Positions 13,339 to 26,610 of a stretch of 64,000 bases of DNA are shown here, piece by piece; positions within the stretch are counted from its first letter, which is position 1, and the number at the start of each line of letters is the position of its first letter. The position numbers and the translations under genes were made by a program. The notes under the pieces are model-generated. The model was given only the letters and a program-made list of their open reading frames with translations, was not told where the DNA came from and made no database searches. The DNA lies in the NCBI GenBank assembly GCA_951406725.2, contig OX597831.1, forward strand, positions 6,014,001 through 6,078,000. The letters are read 5' to 3'. This DNA is from Octopus vulgaris. Lineage: Eukaryota.

Positions 13339-13440
13339 AATAATGATGATGATTATGATATAATATATATATTCAGTGTTGTAATCTTTATTTTTAGAGT
13401 CTACTTTTACAATATATACATTATAATCATCATCATTACT

Positions 13441-13657
13441 CTTTTACTCTTTTACTTGTTTCAGTCATTTGACGGCGGCCATGCTGGAGCACCGCCTTTA
13501 GTCGAGCAAATCGACCCCAGGACTTATTCTTTGTAAGCCCAGTACTTATTCTATCGGTCTCTTTTGCCGAACCACTAAGTGTCATGGACGTAAACACACC
13601 AGCATCGGTTGTCAAGCAATGCTAGGGGGACAAACACAGACACACAAACACACACAT

Positions 13658-13714
<57 letters not shown>

Positions 13715-13868
13715 ACAGGCTTCTTTCAGTTTCTGTCTACCAAATCCACTCACAAGGCATTGGTCGGCCCGGGACTATAGCAGAAGACACTTGCCCAAGA
13801 TGCCACGCAGTGGGATTGAACCCGGAACCATGTGGTTGGTTAGCAAGCTACTTACCACACAGCCACTC
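13441..13868 (-). mobile_element. SINE family B, full length
   Basis: Reverse complement of the B consensus; inverted relative to 12948-13338. Confidence 0.9.
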
Positions 13869-14898
13869 ATATTTATATGTGTATGTGTGTGTGTGAGAGT
13901 GAAAGGAAGAAATTTCTTACTAAAATTGAAATTCTCTAAAGTATGAAATAATCCACCACACCCACTCTTAAAATGAATTCTGAACTGGATTGCAAAAAAA
14001 AAAACAGAAAAAAATCCCAGAGAATTACCAATCCATTCACATTTGTTTATTTTGTGATAATATTGTATAAAATGAGGTGTCAAAATATTTCATCACGGGT
14101 ATAAATGTTGTTCACTAATTTCCATCTCATTGTATCTCTGGTTTTGGTTGTGAAAGTGTGTCAACAGTCAGACTGCAGGAAGATGATGAAATTTCCTCGT
14201 GTTTTATCAAATACAGAGCATGATAAAGGAAAAACTGTTGCACGTGACACTAAAGGTGTGTTGTACATGGCAGCCAACATGAATCTTGCATGATTGTATA
14301 ATGCAAGCACTGTGTATGTCTGTGTGTGTATACATATCCCTATCTATATATTAATATATATGTGTGTGTGTTTTTATGTATATATATATTCTTTTATTGG
14401 TTTATTGGTTTCAGTCATTTGACTGTGGCCATGCTGGAGCACTAACTTTAGATGAACAAACTGACCCCAGAACTTATTCTTTGTGAGCCTAGTACTTATT
14501 CTGTCGGTCGCTTTTGCTGAAGCGGTAAGTTTTGGGAATGTAAACACACCAACATCAGTTGTCAAGTGGCGGTGGGGAGAAACACACACATACACACATA
14601 AATATATATATATATATATATATTGCCAGCCTCGTCTGGCACCTGTGTCGGTGGCACATAAAAAACACCATCCGAGCGTGGCCGTTCGCCAGCCTCGTCT
14701 GGCACCTGTGTCGGTGGCACATAAAATCACCCACTACACTCTCGGAGTGGTTGGCGTTAGGAAGGGCATCCAGCTGTAGAAACACTGCCAGATCTGACTG
14801 GCCTGGTGCAGCCTTCGGGCTTCCCAGACCCCAGTTGAACTGTCCAACCCATGCTAGCATGGAAAGCGGACGTTAAATGAGGATGATGATGATGATGA

Positions 14899-14939
<41 letters not shown>

Positions 14940-15539
14940 GCTTCTTTCAGTTTCTGTCTACCAAATCTACTCACAAGGCTTTGGTCGGCCCGAGGCCCTA
15001 GTAGAAGACACTTGCCCAAGGTGCCACACAGTGGGACTGAACCCGGAAGCATGTGGTTGGGGGGCAAGCTTCTTACCACACAGCCACTCCTGCACCTATG
15101 TACATATTTATATTTGTTTTATTCTATCTTTTGTTTTCAGTCATTTGACTGTGGCCATGCTGGGGCACCACCTGAAGAATCTTTAGCTGAACAAATCTAC
15201 CCCAGGACTTGGTTTCCGTTTAAGCCTGGTATTTATTTTGTCAGTTTCTTTTGCTGAACTGATGAAGCGTGGGGACAAACAGACATAAAGACACACATAC
15301 ATACACACATGGGAAATGGATATTAAATGACGATGATACATACATAGGCACAGGTTTGGCTGTGTGGTAAGAAGCTTGCTTCCCAACCACATGGTTCTGG
15401 GTTCAGTCCCACTGTGTGGCACCTTGGGCAAGTGTCTTCTACTATAGCCACGGGCTGACCAAAGCCTTGTGAGTGGATTTGGTAGATGGAAACTGAAAGA
15501 AACCCGTTGTCTATATATATATATATATATACTAGCTTC

Positions 15540-16364
15540 AAAGCTCCCCCTATCAGGCAGCTTTGCCAGAAAATCCATCGTCGCTATTCCACGCTGGGCC
15601 CAAAATGATTGTGAGCATCACCTAGCTTGCTGAGGGTTGGACATGGGCCTTCTTTGGAGGTGGTGACTTATCATGATTCCATTGCTTTGACTGGACTTTA
15701 GACTCAGGATCATAATGATGGACACATGTTTCATCCTGTGTCATAAGTTTGCCAAAAAAGTCCTCCTCGTTTTCTTAGCACATTGCCAAAAGAACCTGGG
15801 AGCAATTGACTCATTCTTGCTTCTGAAAAGGTGTGAGCATCCTTCATACAGACAACTTCCACATGTGCAAAAGATCGTGAATGATTTTTTTCCATGGACC
15901 CTACATTTATCTACACTTCTTGGGATAGTTTCCAAATAATTATGCAGTGATCCTCCAAAATGGTGGCTTCCACTTTATGGATGGTGTTGTCATCAATGGT
16001 GGAATGTAGTTGTCCAGAAATAGGAGCAGTTTCTGCCAATGTCCGACCACATCCGAACTGGTGGTGCCAGTCTTGACTACATTGTATGATGGTGCAGCAT
16101 CACAATAAACTTCTTTCATCTCATCAATAGTCTCTTTCGGTGTATGACCTTTCAAGTATAAGAACTTGACCACTGATCTGCATTCAACTGCCTCCATTAT
16201 AACACCTTAATCCACTTCATCAGCCATAAAAGACAAATGAATACTAGTGGAAAGCTGCAATTTACAATGTGACATGTAAAGAAATGTATGATTATACCTG
16301 TACAAGTTCCATTTCCTGCAATAACCAGAAGTGGGTCAGGGGAAATCTTTTATGAACACCCCTA

Positions 16365-16365
<1 letters not shown>
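15540..16365 (-). mobile_element. Mariner transposase remnant (N-terminal HTH to first catalytic D)
   Basis: MEAVECRSVVKFLYLKGHTPKETIDEMKEVY..APSYNVVK, and DETCVHHYDPESKVQSKQW in a shifted frame; frameshifted and truncated. Confidence 0.8.
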
Positions 16366-16403
<38 letters not shown>

Positions 16404-16408
<5 letters not shown>

Positions 16409-16696
16409 TGTGATCACCGTGACCGACCAGGCTATCAGATGTTGCTACACATTGCTGGTCACAATGCACTTCGCATTGTTCTAGCCTTCAAATGACGCCA
16501 CCCTGCTGGCTAAGCGAGCAGGCCTACAGAAGAAAGAGTGAGAGAAAGTTGCAGCGAAAGAGTACAGCAGGGATCACAATAGTGGAGCTTTAGGTGTTTT
16601 CGCTCAATAAACACTCACAACGCCCAGTCTGGGAATCGAAACCGTGATCCTATAACCGCGAGGCCGCTGCCCTAACCACTGGGCCATTGCACCTCC
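16404..16696 (-). mobile_element. SINE family C head with tail type iii
   Basis: tRNA-like head GGAGGTGCAATGGCCCAGTGG...GTTTCGATTCCC; tail ends GGTCACGGTGATCACAGTGAT. Same structure at 33689-33967 (+). Confidence 0.85.
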
Positions 16697-16848
16697 ATGT
16701 ATGTATACGTATATATATATATGGATATGGAAGGGAATCGAGCTGTAGAAAGTCTGCCAGATCAGATTTGGAGCCTGGTGCAGCTATCTGGTTTGCCAGT
16801 CCTCAGTCAAATCATCCAACCCATGCTGGCATGGAAAGCGGACGTTAA

Positions 16849-16883
<35 letters not shown>

Positions 16884-17085
16884 ACACACACACATTTGTA
16901 TGCATTCATTCATATGAACACACATGTTTAAGAGCTTGCTACCCATACTCGTTTCTTACATTGAACAATGCAATCAATAAATCAAAAATTTTGAGGACAA
17001 ATCAATTTGGCCATTCATTGTGACACAGATGTATACTCACACACAAACACACACACAGATATATATATATATATATATATATATA

Positions 17086-17337
17086 CTTTATTTAAAGCAG
17101 CAGAAAATTCAACAAAACCTGTTACTTTGAGTTTCCCGTTGCCGTTCATCGGACAGTTTTTGCTAGAATAAAAAAATCTAGAATCTAGCAAAAACTGTCC
17201 GATGAACGGCAATGGGAAACTCAAAGTAACAGGTTTTGTTGAATTTTCTGCTGCTTTAAATAAAGCATATTGCTCTATCATTGGTATTTGAGTACTCTTT
17301 TTTCCACCTTGTTTCACATTTATGTGTTTACTCCAGT
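17086..17337. mobile_element. H3 inverted-repeat element with two hammerhead folds
   Basis: Arms 17086-17167 and 17184-17265 are reverse complements, plus an unpaired ~70-nt 3' extension. HHR folds at 17119-17156 (-) and 17195-17232 (+): CTGT CCGATGA A CG GCAA (C/T)G G GAAA CTCAAAG TA ACAG. Embedded in (TA)n. Confidence 0.8.
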
Positions 17338-17766
17338 ATATATATATATATATATAGCCCTCCAACCCATGCTAGCATGGAACATGGACATCAAACGATG
17401 ATGATGATATATGAGTGTATATACTTGTCTTTTAGAAGACATCAAAGTTCAAAGTGTTCAAGATCTTTCTTTTATTTTATCACCACCACCACCACCATCA
17501 CCCCACCCTGTCACCACTGCTGTTGCCAACACTGTCATACCACCACCAACACAACTACAGCCAATACAGCTCCCTCTACCCCCACTGCTTTAATGTTCAC
17601 ATAAGAGAGATGTGTTTTTAAGAAGTTTGCTTCCCGGCCATGTGGTCCCAGGTTCAGCTCCATTGCGTGGCACTTTAGGCAAGTGTCGTCTGCTATAGCC
17701 TCAGGCCAACATAAACCTTGTGAGTGAATTTGGTAGGTGGAAACTGAAAGAAGCCTGTTGTGTATG

Positions 17767-17801
<35 letters not shown>

Positions 17802-18040
17802 TGTCCCCCCACTACTGCTTGACAACCACGGGTGGGGTGTTTATGTCCACAATAGCTTAGCAATAATATAAGCACAGGAGTGGCTGTGTGGTAAGTACTT
17901 GCTTACCAACCACATGGTTCCGGGTTCATTCCCACTGTGTGGCACCTTGGGCAAGTACCTTCTACTATAGCCTCGGGCTGACCAAAGCCTTGTGAGTGGA
18001 TTTGGTAGACAGAAACTGAAAGAAGCCTGTTGTGTGTATG

Positions 18041-18098
<58 letters not shown>

Positions 18099-18100
18099 CC

Positions 18101-18247
18101 ATCATCATCATCATCATCATTATTATCATCATCATCATATAGGGCGGGTAAAATTCCCAAGATGCATGGGCGAGTTCTCTCCAGCGGTCTTTGTCCGTCA
18201 TCATCGCTGCCATGTCCTGTGTCTCCCAGAGACCAGTGTTTGCCGTT
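18101..18247 (-). mobile_element. RTE-group LINE extreme 3' end with (GAT)n tail
   Basis: Encodes NTGLWETQDMAAMMTDKDRWRELAHASWEFYPP followed by a (TGA)n tail; longer copy at ~19461-19650. Confidence 0.6.
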
Positions 18248-19069
18248 CCAGCATGGCCACAGTCAAATGGCTGATACAAGTAAAAGAGAGTAAAAGAGAA
18301 TTGAGCAAAAGAGACTGATAAAATAATTATCAGGTTCAAAAAAATTAGGTACTGGGGGTTGATTGGACTAGAACTCTTCAAAGTTGTGCTCCAGTATGGC
18401 CACAGTCTAATGACTGAAACAAGTAAAAGATAAAAGAGAGTTCAGAGTCATGTCCTGTTCCCTAGTAATTCATCAAAGCCTCCACTAAAACCATCACCTC
18501 CATATAAGCAAGTCAGTCAAATGAAAATACAAAAGGCACGATAGCACTTGCAATCAGTTAAGATCAGAAGCCATGGGAGCCAGTGTTTGGTATCGCATCA
18601 GTTGTTATTTTATACCACCAAAGTCAACTTTGCTTTTCATCCTTTCAGGATCAATAAATTAAGTACCAGTTGCGTACTGGTGTGATTGACTTTTCCCTTC
18701 CTGCAAAATTCCAGGCCTTATGCCTATAAGAGAAAGGATTATTATCATTATCATCATCATCATCATCATCATCATCGTTTAGCGTCCGCTTTCCATGCTA
18801 GCATGGGTTGGACGGTTGAACTGGGGTCTGGGAAGCCAGAAGGCTGCACCAGGCCCAGTCTGATCTGGCAGTGTTTCTACGGCTGGATGCCCTTCCTAAT
18901 GCCAACCACTCCGTGAGTGTAGTGAGTGCTTTTTACGTGCCAGACAAGGCTGTCAAACGGCCACAATCAGATGGTGCTCTTTACGTGCCACCGGCACGGG
19001 GGCCAGGCGAGGTGGCGAGCTGGCAGAATCGTTTAACCCATTGGACGAAATGCTTAATGGTATTTTGCC

Positions 19070-19333
19070 TGTATGTATGTATGTATGTATGTATGTACGT
19101 ACGTATGTATGTATGTGTGTATGTATGTATGTATGTATGCATGTATGTATGTATGTATGTATGTATGTATGTATGTAGGTATGTATGTATGTACGTATGT
19201 ATGTACGTATGTATGTATGTGTGTATGTGTGTATGTATGTATGTATGTGTGTGTGTATGTATGTATGTACGTATGTACGTATGTATGTATGCATGTATGT
19301 ATGTATGTACGTATGTATGTATGCATGTATGTA
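19070..19333. repeat. (TATG)n microsatellite
   Basis: Long imperfect TATG array; similar arrays at 20395-20625, 60140-60330 and 62675-62760. Confidence 0.95.
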
Positions 19334-19460
19334 CTGTATTGAAAGTGTTTTATGTAGGATGTGTGCAGTGTCCAGTAGTGCAATTTTCTGTATGTTATAT
19401 ATATTTGTAAGTCCTGGTGTTTTTGTTATATATATGTTTGAATATTTTTTTATCATACTC
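19334..19460 (-). mobile_element. R4/Dong-like (RLE) LINE C-terminal fragment
   Basis: Encodes TPGLTNIYNIQKIALLDTAHILHKTLSI, resembling the IQK..LLGTAHILRK motif at the end of RLE-class ORFs. Confidence 0.65.
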
Positions 19461-19463
19461 TTT

Positions 19464-19498
<35 letters not shown>

Positions 19499-19688
19499 TT
19501 AGGGCGGGTAAAATTCCCAAGATGCATGGGTGAGTTCTCTCCAGCGGTCTTTGTCCGTCATCATCGCTGCCATGTCCTGTGTCTTCCAGAGACCAGTGTT
19601 TGTCGTTAGGACATCAACTTATGTCATCCTTGGTCTCCCTCTTCTAGAACTATTATTATAAAGTAGAAACAAAAAAGATAAAAATACA

Positions 19689-20010
19689 GGCACTCCGTTG
19701 GATACAACGACGAGGGTTCCAGTTGATCCGATCAACGAAACAGCCTGTTTCTGAAATTAACGTACAAGTGGCTGAACACTCCACAGACTCACGTACCCTT
19801 AATGTAGTTCTCGGGGAGATTCAGCGTGACACAGAATGTGACAAGGCTGGCCCTTTGAAATACAGCTACTGCTCAATATTTGCCAGCTGAATGAACTGAA
19901 ATAACATGAAATAAAATATCCCGCTCAAGGACACATCGCGACGCCCGGAATCGAACTCACGATCTTGCGATCGTAAGCCGAATACCCTAATGACTACGCC
20001 ACGAGCGTTC
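19689..20010 (-). mobile_element. SINE family E head with tail type ii
   Basis: tRNA-like head (GTGGCGTAGTCATTAGGG...GAGTTCGATTCC); tail TTTCAAAGGGCCAGCCTTGTCAC...CGGAGTGCC shared with 56878-57235. Confidence 0.8.
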
Positions 20011-21079
20011 ACGTAAGTTCAAATAGTTTAATCCTTGTGACCAAAACGTTAATATAATTCGTTTGAATTGGTAAAAATTGAAGATGAATTACTTTTCTTA
20101 ACACAGACATGCTACTCCTGCTTCTCAAACTCTCGAAATATACCCCTGGGGTACTTAAAAGTTCGTTACCCCTGACACACACACGGAGAGGCTCTCAAAA
20201 ACAGATTCTATTAGTATTTCAAGGAAAGCAAGCGAAAATATAACAAAAATATAAGCTCCATTGGTTATCTCCCTTTAATCTTATAGCCACACTATATTAC
20301 ACACACACACATACATACCTATGTATATTATATGAGAGTATATGTATAAGCTTGTGTGTATGCGTATACACACACACACACACACGCACATACATATATG
20401 TATGTAGGTATGTATGTATGTATGTATGTATATATGTATGTATGTACGTATGTATGTATGTATGTATGCATGTATGCATGCATGTATGTATGTATGTATG
20501 TATGTATGTATGTATGCATGTATATATGCATGTATGTATGTATGTATGTATGCATGTATGTATGTATGTATGCATGCATGTATGTATGTACGTATGTATG
20601 TATGTATGTATGTATGTATGTATGATTACATGAATGTGTAAGCGTTACTCTCATCTGAAAACTGGTCTCAAGGTCTGCAGAGCAGGAAGTTCCAGAACAT
20701 GTTTAAAATGTTTGAGAATTTTCTCATGGAACGGAATAACTATATAAAGATTTCTCACCTGAGAACAATACCTGTCACACAATTACGATTCCAACTAAGT
20801 TCAGTCTGAGGAAGGTCAGGGCCTTTCTCTTTTACCAAGGTCTCTCAGTTGGTAGGGGGTAAGTGAGAAAGCGAGGGAATTATCTTCAGACAAGGAGACC
20901 CAGCCTGATTGCTTGCAACCAACTGGACTCTGCTAAAGGCAACCGGGGGAACAGTGGGGGGTGCCTCAGGGTAATTTATTTTGATTAGACCCAAGAGGAT
21001 GAAATAAATAAATAAATTGACCTTGGCGGAATTTGGTATTTAGTCTATCGGTTTCTTTTGCAGAGCTCACTCTCTTTTT

Positions 21080-21284
21080 CTCTCTTTTACTTGTTTCAGT
21101 CATTTGACTGTGACCCTGCTGGAGCACCGCCTTTAATCAAGCAACTCAACCCCAGGACTTATTATTTTGTAAGCCCAGTACTTATTCTATCGGTCTCTTT
21201 TGCCGAACCGCTAAGTAACGGGGACATAAACACACCAGCATCGGTTGTCAAGCAATGCTAGGGGGACAAACACAGACACACAAA

Positions 21285-21332
<48 letters not shown>

Positions 21333-21490
21333 TACGGTGGGCTTCTTTCAGTTTCCGTCTACCAAATCCACTCACAAGGCTTTGGTCGGCCCGAGGCTAT
21401 AGTAGAAGACACTTGCCCAAGGTGCCACACAGTGGGACTGAACCCGGAACCATGTGGTTGGTAAACAAGCTACTTACCACACAGCCACTC
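21080..21490 (-). mobile_element. SINE family B, full length
   Basis: Reverse complement of the B consensus. Confidence 0.9.
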
Positions 21491-21625
21491 CTAGAGAATT
21501 AAACTTGGAGAATGGAAAATTAAAGACCTCGAGAGTCCTATGTACTGCTGCTGAGAATCACTGCCCTAAAATCTCCTCCCATCATTGTTGTTGTCTTCAT
21601 TGTCGCCATTGTTGTTGTCATTGCC

Positions 21626-21703
<78 letters not shown>

Positions 21704-22079
21704 TCAACATGGCTGAACAACCTATCCCAACCAGTTAGGGTTCCCTATATGAGTTGTGCTATTCATCTTTTCAATCACCGAATACAAAACATGGATCGTG
21801 AGACCTCCATTCGGATGATTATCCCGACTCACCATCTCATCCTCGTATGCCATTTACAGTTGAGTTGGATGGAACAACACGAAATGAAGTGTTTCACTCA
21901 AGAACTCAATGCACAGTTGACCAGGGGACCAAAACCCTGATTTCCTGTTCACGAATGCCATACCCTAACCACAATGTCATGCACCTTCACATCACATCAA
22001 GCTCATCAGTCCTGGAAGGCTTGCAAGGATCATGGACAATGCCACTTCTTCCAGACTCAACAAGTTAAAAAGAAAACTG

Positions 22080-22236
22080 GGAGCAGCTGTGTGGTAAGTA
22101 GCTTGCTTACCAAGCACACGGTTCCGGGTTCAGTCCCACTGCGTGGTACCTTGGGCAAGTGTCTTCTACTATAGCCTCGGGCCGACCAAGGCCTTGTGAG
22201 TGGATTTGGTAGATGGAAACTGAAAGAAGCCCATCG

Positions 22237-22271
<35 letters not shown>

Positions 22272-22480
22272 TTGTGTGTCTGTGTTTGTCTCCCCCAACA
22301 TCGCTTGACAACCAATGCTGGTGTGTTTATGTCCCCGTCACTTAGCAGTTTGGCACGAGAGGCCGATAGAATAAGTACTAGGCTTACAAAGAATTAGTCC
22401 TGGGTCGATTTGCTTGACTAAAGGCGGTGCTCCAGCATGGCTGCAGTCGAATGACTGAAACAAATAAAAGAATAAAAGAA
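22080..22480 (+). mobile_element. SINE family B, full length
   Basis: B consensus. Confidence 0.9.
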
Positions 22481-22589
22481 AGCAGCTGCAGAATAAAGCA
22501 TAGCCTTGTTTAGCTGCACCAATTTCTCCATTTTAACCAACCTTTCCTAAAATTTACCCCATGGGAATATTTCCCTTTCTGCATTAACC

Positions 22590-22976
22590 TTTACTCTTTT
22601 ACTTGCTTCAGTCATTTGACTGCGGCCATGCTGGAGCACCGCCTTTAGTCGAGCAAATCGACCCTGGGACTTATTCTTTGTAAGCCCAGTACTTATTCTA
22701 TCGGTCTCTTTTGCCGAACCGCTAGGTGACGGGGATGTAAACACACCAGCATCGGTTGTCAAGCAAAGACACACAAACACACACACACATATATATATAT
22801 ATATACATATATACGACAGGCTTCTTTCATTTTCCGTCTACCAAATCCACTCACAAGGCATTGGTCGGCCCGGGGCTATAGCAGAAGACACTTGCCCACG
22901 ATGCCACGCAGTGGCACTGAACCCAGAACCATGTGGTTGGTTAGCAAGCTACTTACCACACAGCCACTCCTGCGCC
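22590..22976 (-). mobile_element. SINE family B, full length
   Basis: Reverse complement of the B consensus; inverted relative to 22080-22480. Confidence 0.9.
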
Positions 22977-24248
22977 TAACCTTCAGGTAGTGCTTTAAGG
23001 CATTTATGAAGGAGTAGTCTGAGAGGATAGACTCTGTCTTCAAACTTTCCAACCACGTATACAACACAGCTTACTTTGCCATAGACACCATGCAGAGAAA
23101 GACAACCTGCTCTTCCTTGCCAAAGGAAGGTGGTGATGATGATGGTTGTGAAGATGGTGGTGGTGGTGGTGGTGATGGTGGTGGTGCATTTTTACTATTA
23201 GATTCGGCTTATAATTGAAAGCGCTCTGCATGTGATAACAGCTGTCTGGCATAAACCTCCAATTCAACAATGGACATTTTGAGTGAGTGATGGCTAGATG
23301 GATTTAGTAAACTTGTACACATCCCTGACAGATTTCGTCATCGTCATCGTCACCATCATCATCATCATCATCATCATCTTCATCATTTGATATTCAGCTT
23401 CCATGCCAATGTTGGTTGGTTGGTTGGCTTGACTGGAACTGACAAGTTGAAGGACTGTGACACGCTCTAATGACTATCTAGGTACAGTTTCTATGGTTGG
23501 GTGCCAACAATCAGGAGTGTACCAGGTGCTTTAATTATGGTACCAACATTAGTGATGGTCAGCTTGTAACTTGCAAGGCTCTGAAATAGCCCCTATAACC
23601 ATTTGAGAACAGAAGAAAGATGCCCTTCCTAACACCAATCACTCCAAGAGTGTAGTGGGTGCTTTTTATGTGCCACCGGAACAGGAGCCAGTCAGGCGGG
23701 CCTGGCATTAATCCTGCTCAGATAGTGCTTTATACGTACCACCGGCATAGGGGCCAGTCAGGGGTTACTGGCATCGGCCACATTCAGATGGTGCTTTTTA
23801 CATGCCACCAACACAGGAGCCATTATACAAAACAATAAACTAAAACTAATAGAAAAAGAAAAAAAAAACTAGAATGAAGAAGAAAAAAAAACAAAATAAA
23901 GAAATTAAATACTGTTGTTGTTAAATCTATTTGTAGCTGCCATGAATTATTCTGCACAACCTTCTTTTTTCTCAAATAAAATTTGTGTGCACTGAATGGC
24001 TAATAAATATAATTATTAATTATTGCATTATTTAAAGTAATTAACGCTTTGTGTAAACAGTAATTTTTGGGACATTTGTTGCAAAACATGTACAGGCATG
24101 TGTGTGCATACACACACACACACACGCGTGCACGCAGTCACACACACACACACACATGTGCACGCAGTCACACACACACACACACACACACATGTGCACG
24201 CGGTCATACACATATAGCTGAGTTACTGTTAGTCTTTTAACATGCATA

Positions 24249-24514
24249 AATAAAATAAAAATAAATGTTCCTTCTTGAGCCATGCCAGGCTCATAAGGTC
24301 CGGTTTCCCGGTTTCGGTGGCATAGAAATTCCTCACCTGGACGGGACGCCAGTCCGTCGCAGGATTACTCATTTTTGCCAGCTGAGTGGACTGGAGCAAC
24401 ATGAAAATGAAGTGTTTTGCTCAAGAATACAGCGCATCGCCCGGTCCAGGAATCGAAACCACAACCTTACGATCATGAGTTCAACACCCTAACCACTAAG
24501 CCGCGTGCCTCCAC
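24249..24514 (-). mobile_element. SINE family E head with tail type i
   Basis: Head GGAGGCACGCGGCTTAGTGG...GTTTCGATTCC; TSD TTTAACAT(G/A)CATA at 24236-24248 and 24515-24527. Confidence 0.85.
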
Positions 24515-24937
24515 TTTAACATACATACTACTCTCAAATGTAATAATGGTTTCGAATTTTGGACCAAGGCCAGCAATTTCGGGTGGGTTGAGATGAGTCG
24601 ATTACATCGAACCCAGCACTCAACTGGTACTGATTTTATCGACCTCAAAAGCATGAAAACAAAGTCGACCTTAACAGAATTTCATCTCAGAATGTAAAGT
24701 CTGATGAAATGCCGCTAAGCATTTTGTGTAGAATGCTAATGATTCTACCTGCTCATTGCCTTTTGTCAAATGTAATACAGTAATCCGTCACCATATTGCG
24801 GTCCACCTGTCGCGGTTTATTATTTAAGCTTACGTCAATTCCTCCGTGGTGTTGTCTGGCATTTGTAATAAAATAAATATATACAAGTTATAAAAATAAT
24901 AATAAAAAAAATATACAGTACAGTGCTGCTTCTACTT

Positions 24938-25515
24938 GGGAAGGCACGTGGCTTAGTGGTTAGGGTGTCAGCATCATGATCGTAAGATTGTGGTTTCGAT
25001 TCCTGGACCGGGCAACACATTATGTTCTTGAGCAAAACACTTCATTTCGTGTTGCTCCAGTCTACTCAGCTGGCAAAAATGAGTAACGCTGCTGCGATGG
25101 ACTGGCGTCCCGTCCAGCTAAGGAAAACATATGCCATTGAAACTGGGAAACCAGGCCCATGAGCCTGGCTAGGCTTTAAAAAGGGCGCATTTATTTCGAG
25201 GCGCAATGGCCCAGTGGTTAGGGCAGCGGACTCGCAGTCAGAGGATCGCGGTTTCGATTCCCAGACCGGGCATTGTGTGTGTTTATTGAGCGAAAACACC
25301 TAAACGCTCCATGAGGCTCTGGCAGGGGGTGGTGGCGACCCCTGTTGTACTCTTTTGCCCCAACTTTCTCTCACTCTTTCTTCCTGTTTCTTGAGTAACG
25401 CTGCAATGGACTGGCGTCCCGTTCAGCTGGGGGCAACACAGAAACCAGGAAACCGGGCCCATGAACCTGGCTAAGCTTGAAAAGGGCACATAAATAAAAA
25501 TAAAAATTTTAAAAA
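24938..25515 (+). mobile_element. Tandem SINE E (24938-25190) plus SINE C (25198-25500), both with tail type i
   Basis: Two tRNA-like heads, each followed by GGACTGGCGTCCCGT..GGGCCCATGA..AAAAGGGC; the whole unit is bracketed by CTGCT(T/C)CTACTT (24926-24937, 25516-25527). Confidence 0.85.
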
Positions 25516-26222
25516 CTGCTCCTACTTCACAGATTTTCACCAATCATGGTGGGTTTTGGAATATAACACCTGTGATAGTTGAGGAATTACTGTATATGGC
25601 CACATATGGTCAGTTTAAATGCTTAAAGCTTAAGCCCTTTGTTACTCTATTTCTGTTGAAATACATTGTCAGTTTTTCAATAAATTTTGTAAATAATGAA
25701 GAATTTGGTAAAATAAACTTTGTCATCATTATGCTGGTGTTTGGAACAGAAATTGGTTTCAGATTTTGGCATATGGCCAGCGATTCTGGGAGTAGGAGTA
25801 AGTCTATTAAATTAACCCCAGTGCATAACTGGTACTTATTCTGTTGACCCTGGAAGGATGAAAGGTGAAGATGACCTCAGCAGAATTTGAACTCAGAACA
25901 TAATGAGTTGGTTGGTTGGCTTGACTGGGACACACAAGTTGAAGGACTGTGACATGCTCTAATGACTATCTTGGTACAGTTTCTATGGTTGGGTGCCATT
26001 CCTAATGCCAAGAATTAGGGGTGTACCAGGTGCTTTATTTATCTGGCATGCTAACGATTCATCCAGCTCGCCTCCTGAGTTTGGGACAAAAATTAACAGG
26101 AAATTTTGATGAAAGGTTTTAATTTAAATCCCTTTATTAGCAGAAGGTTTGCATCGCAGAACCAGGACCAGAGGTGGTCTTGGTGTGGGTTGGTACTGAA
26201 AGAACTAAACCATATTCCTACT

Positions 26223-26380
26223 TTATTTACATTGTTTACATTTGATGGATATTTGTCCTCATTTTGTTTGTTGTTAACAACGTTTCGGCTGATATACCCT
26301 CCAGCCTTTTTCAGGTGTCTTGGGGAAATTTCGAACCTGGGTTCTCATTCCTAAGGTATTTTTCAATGTTATTATTATTA

Positions 26381-26436
<56 letters not shown>

Positions 26437-26539
26437 GTTAGTGTTCAGGTCACTGCTTGGAATCGAACTCGGAATCTTGGGGTTAGTAGCCTGTGCCCTT
26501 ACCCATTATGCCATATGCCCATGGGCATATGGCTTAGTG

Positions 26540-26610
<71 letters not shown>

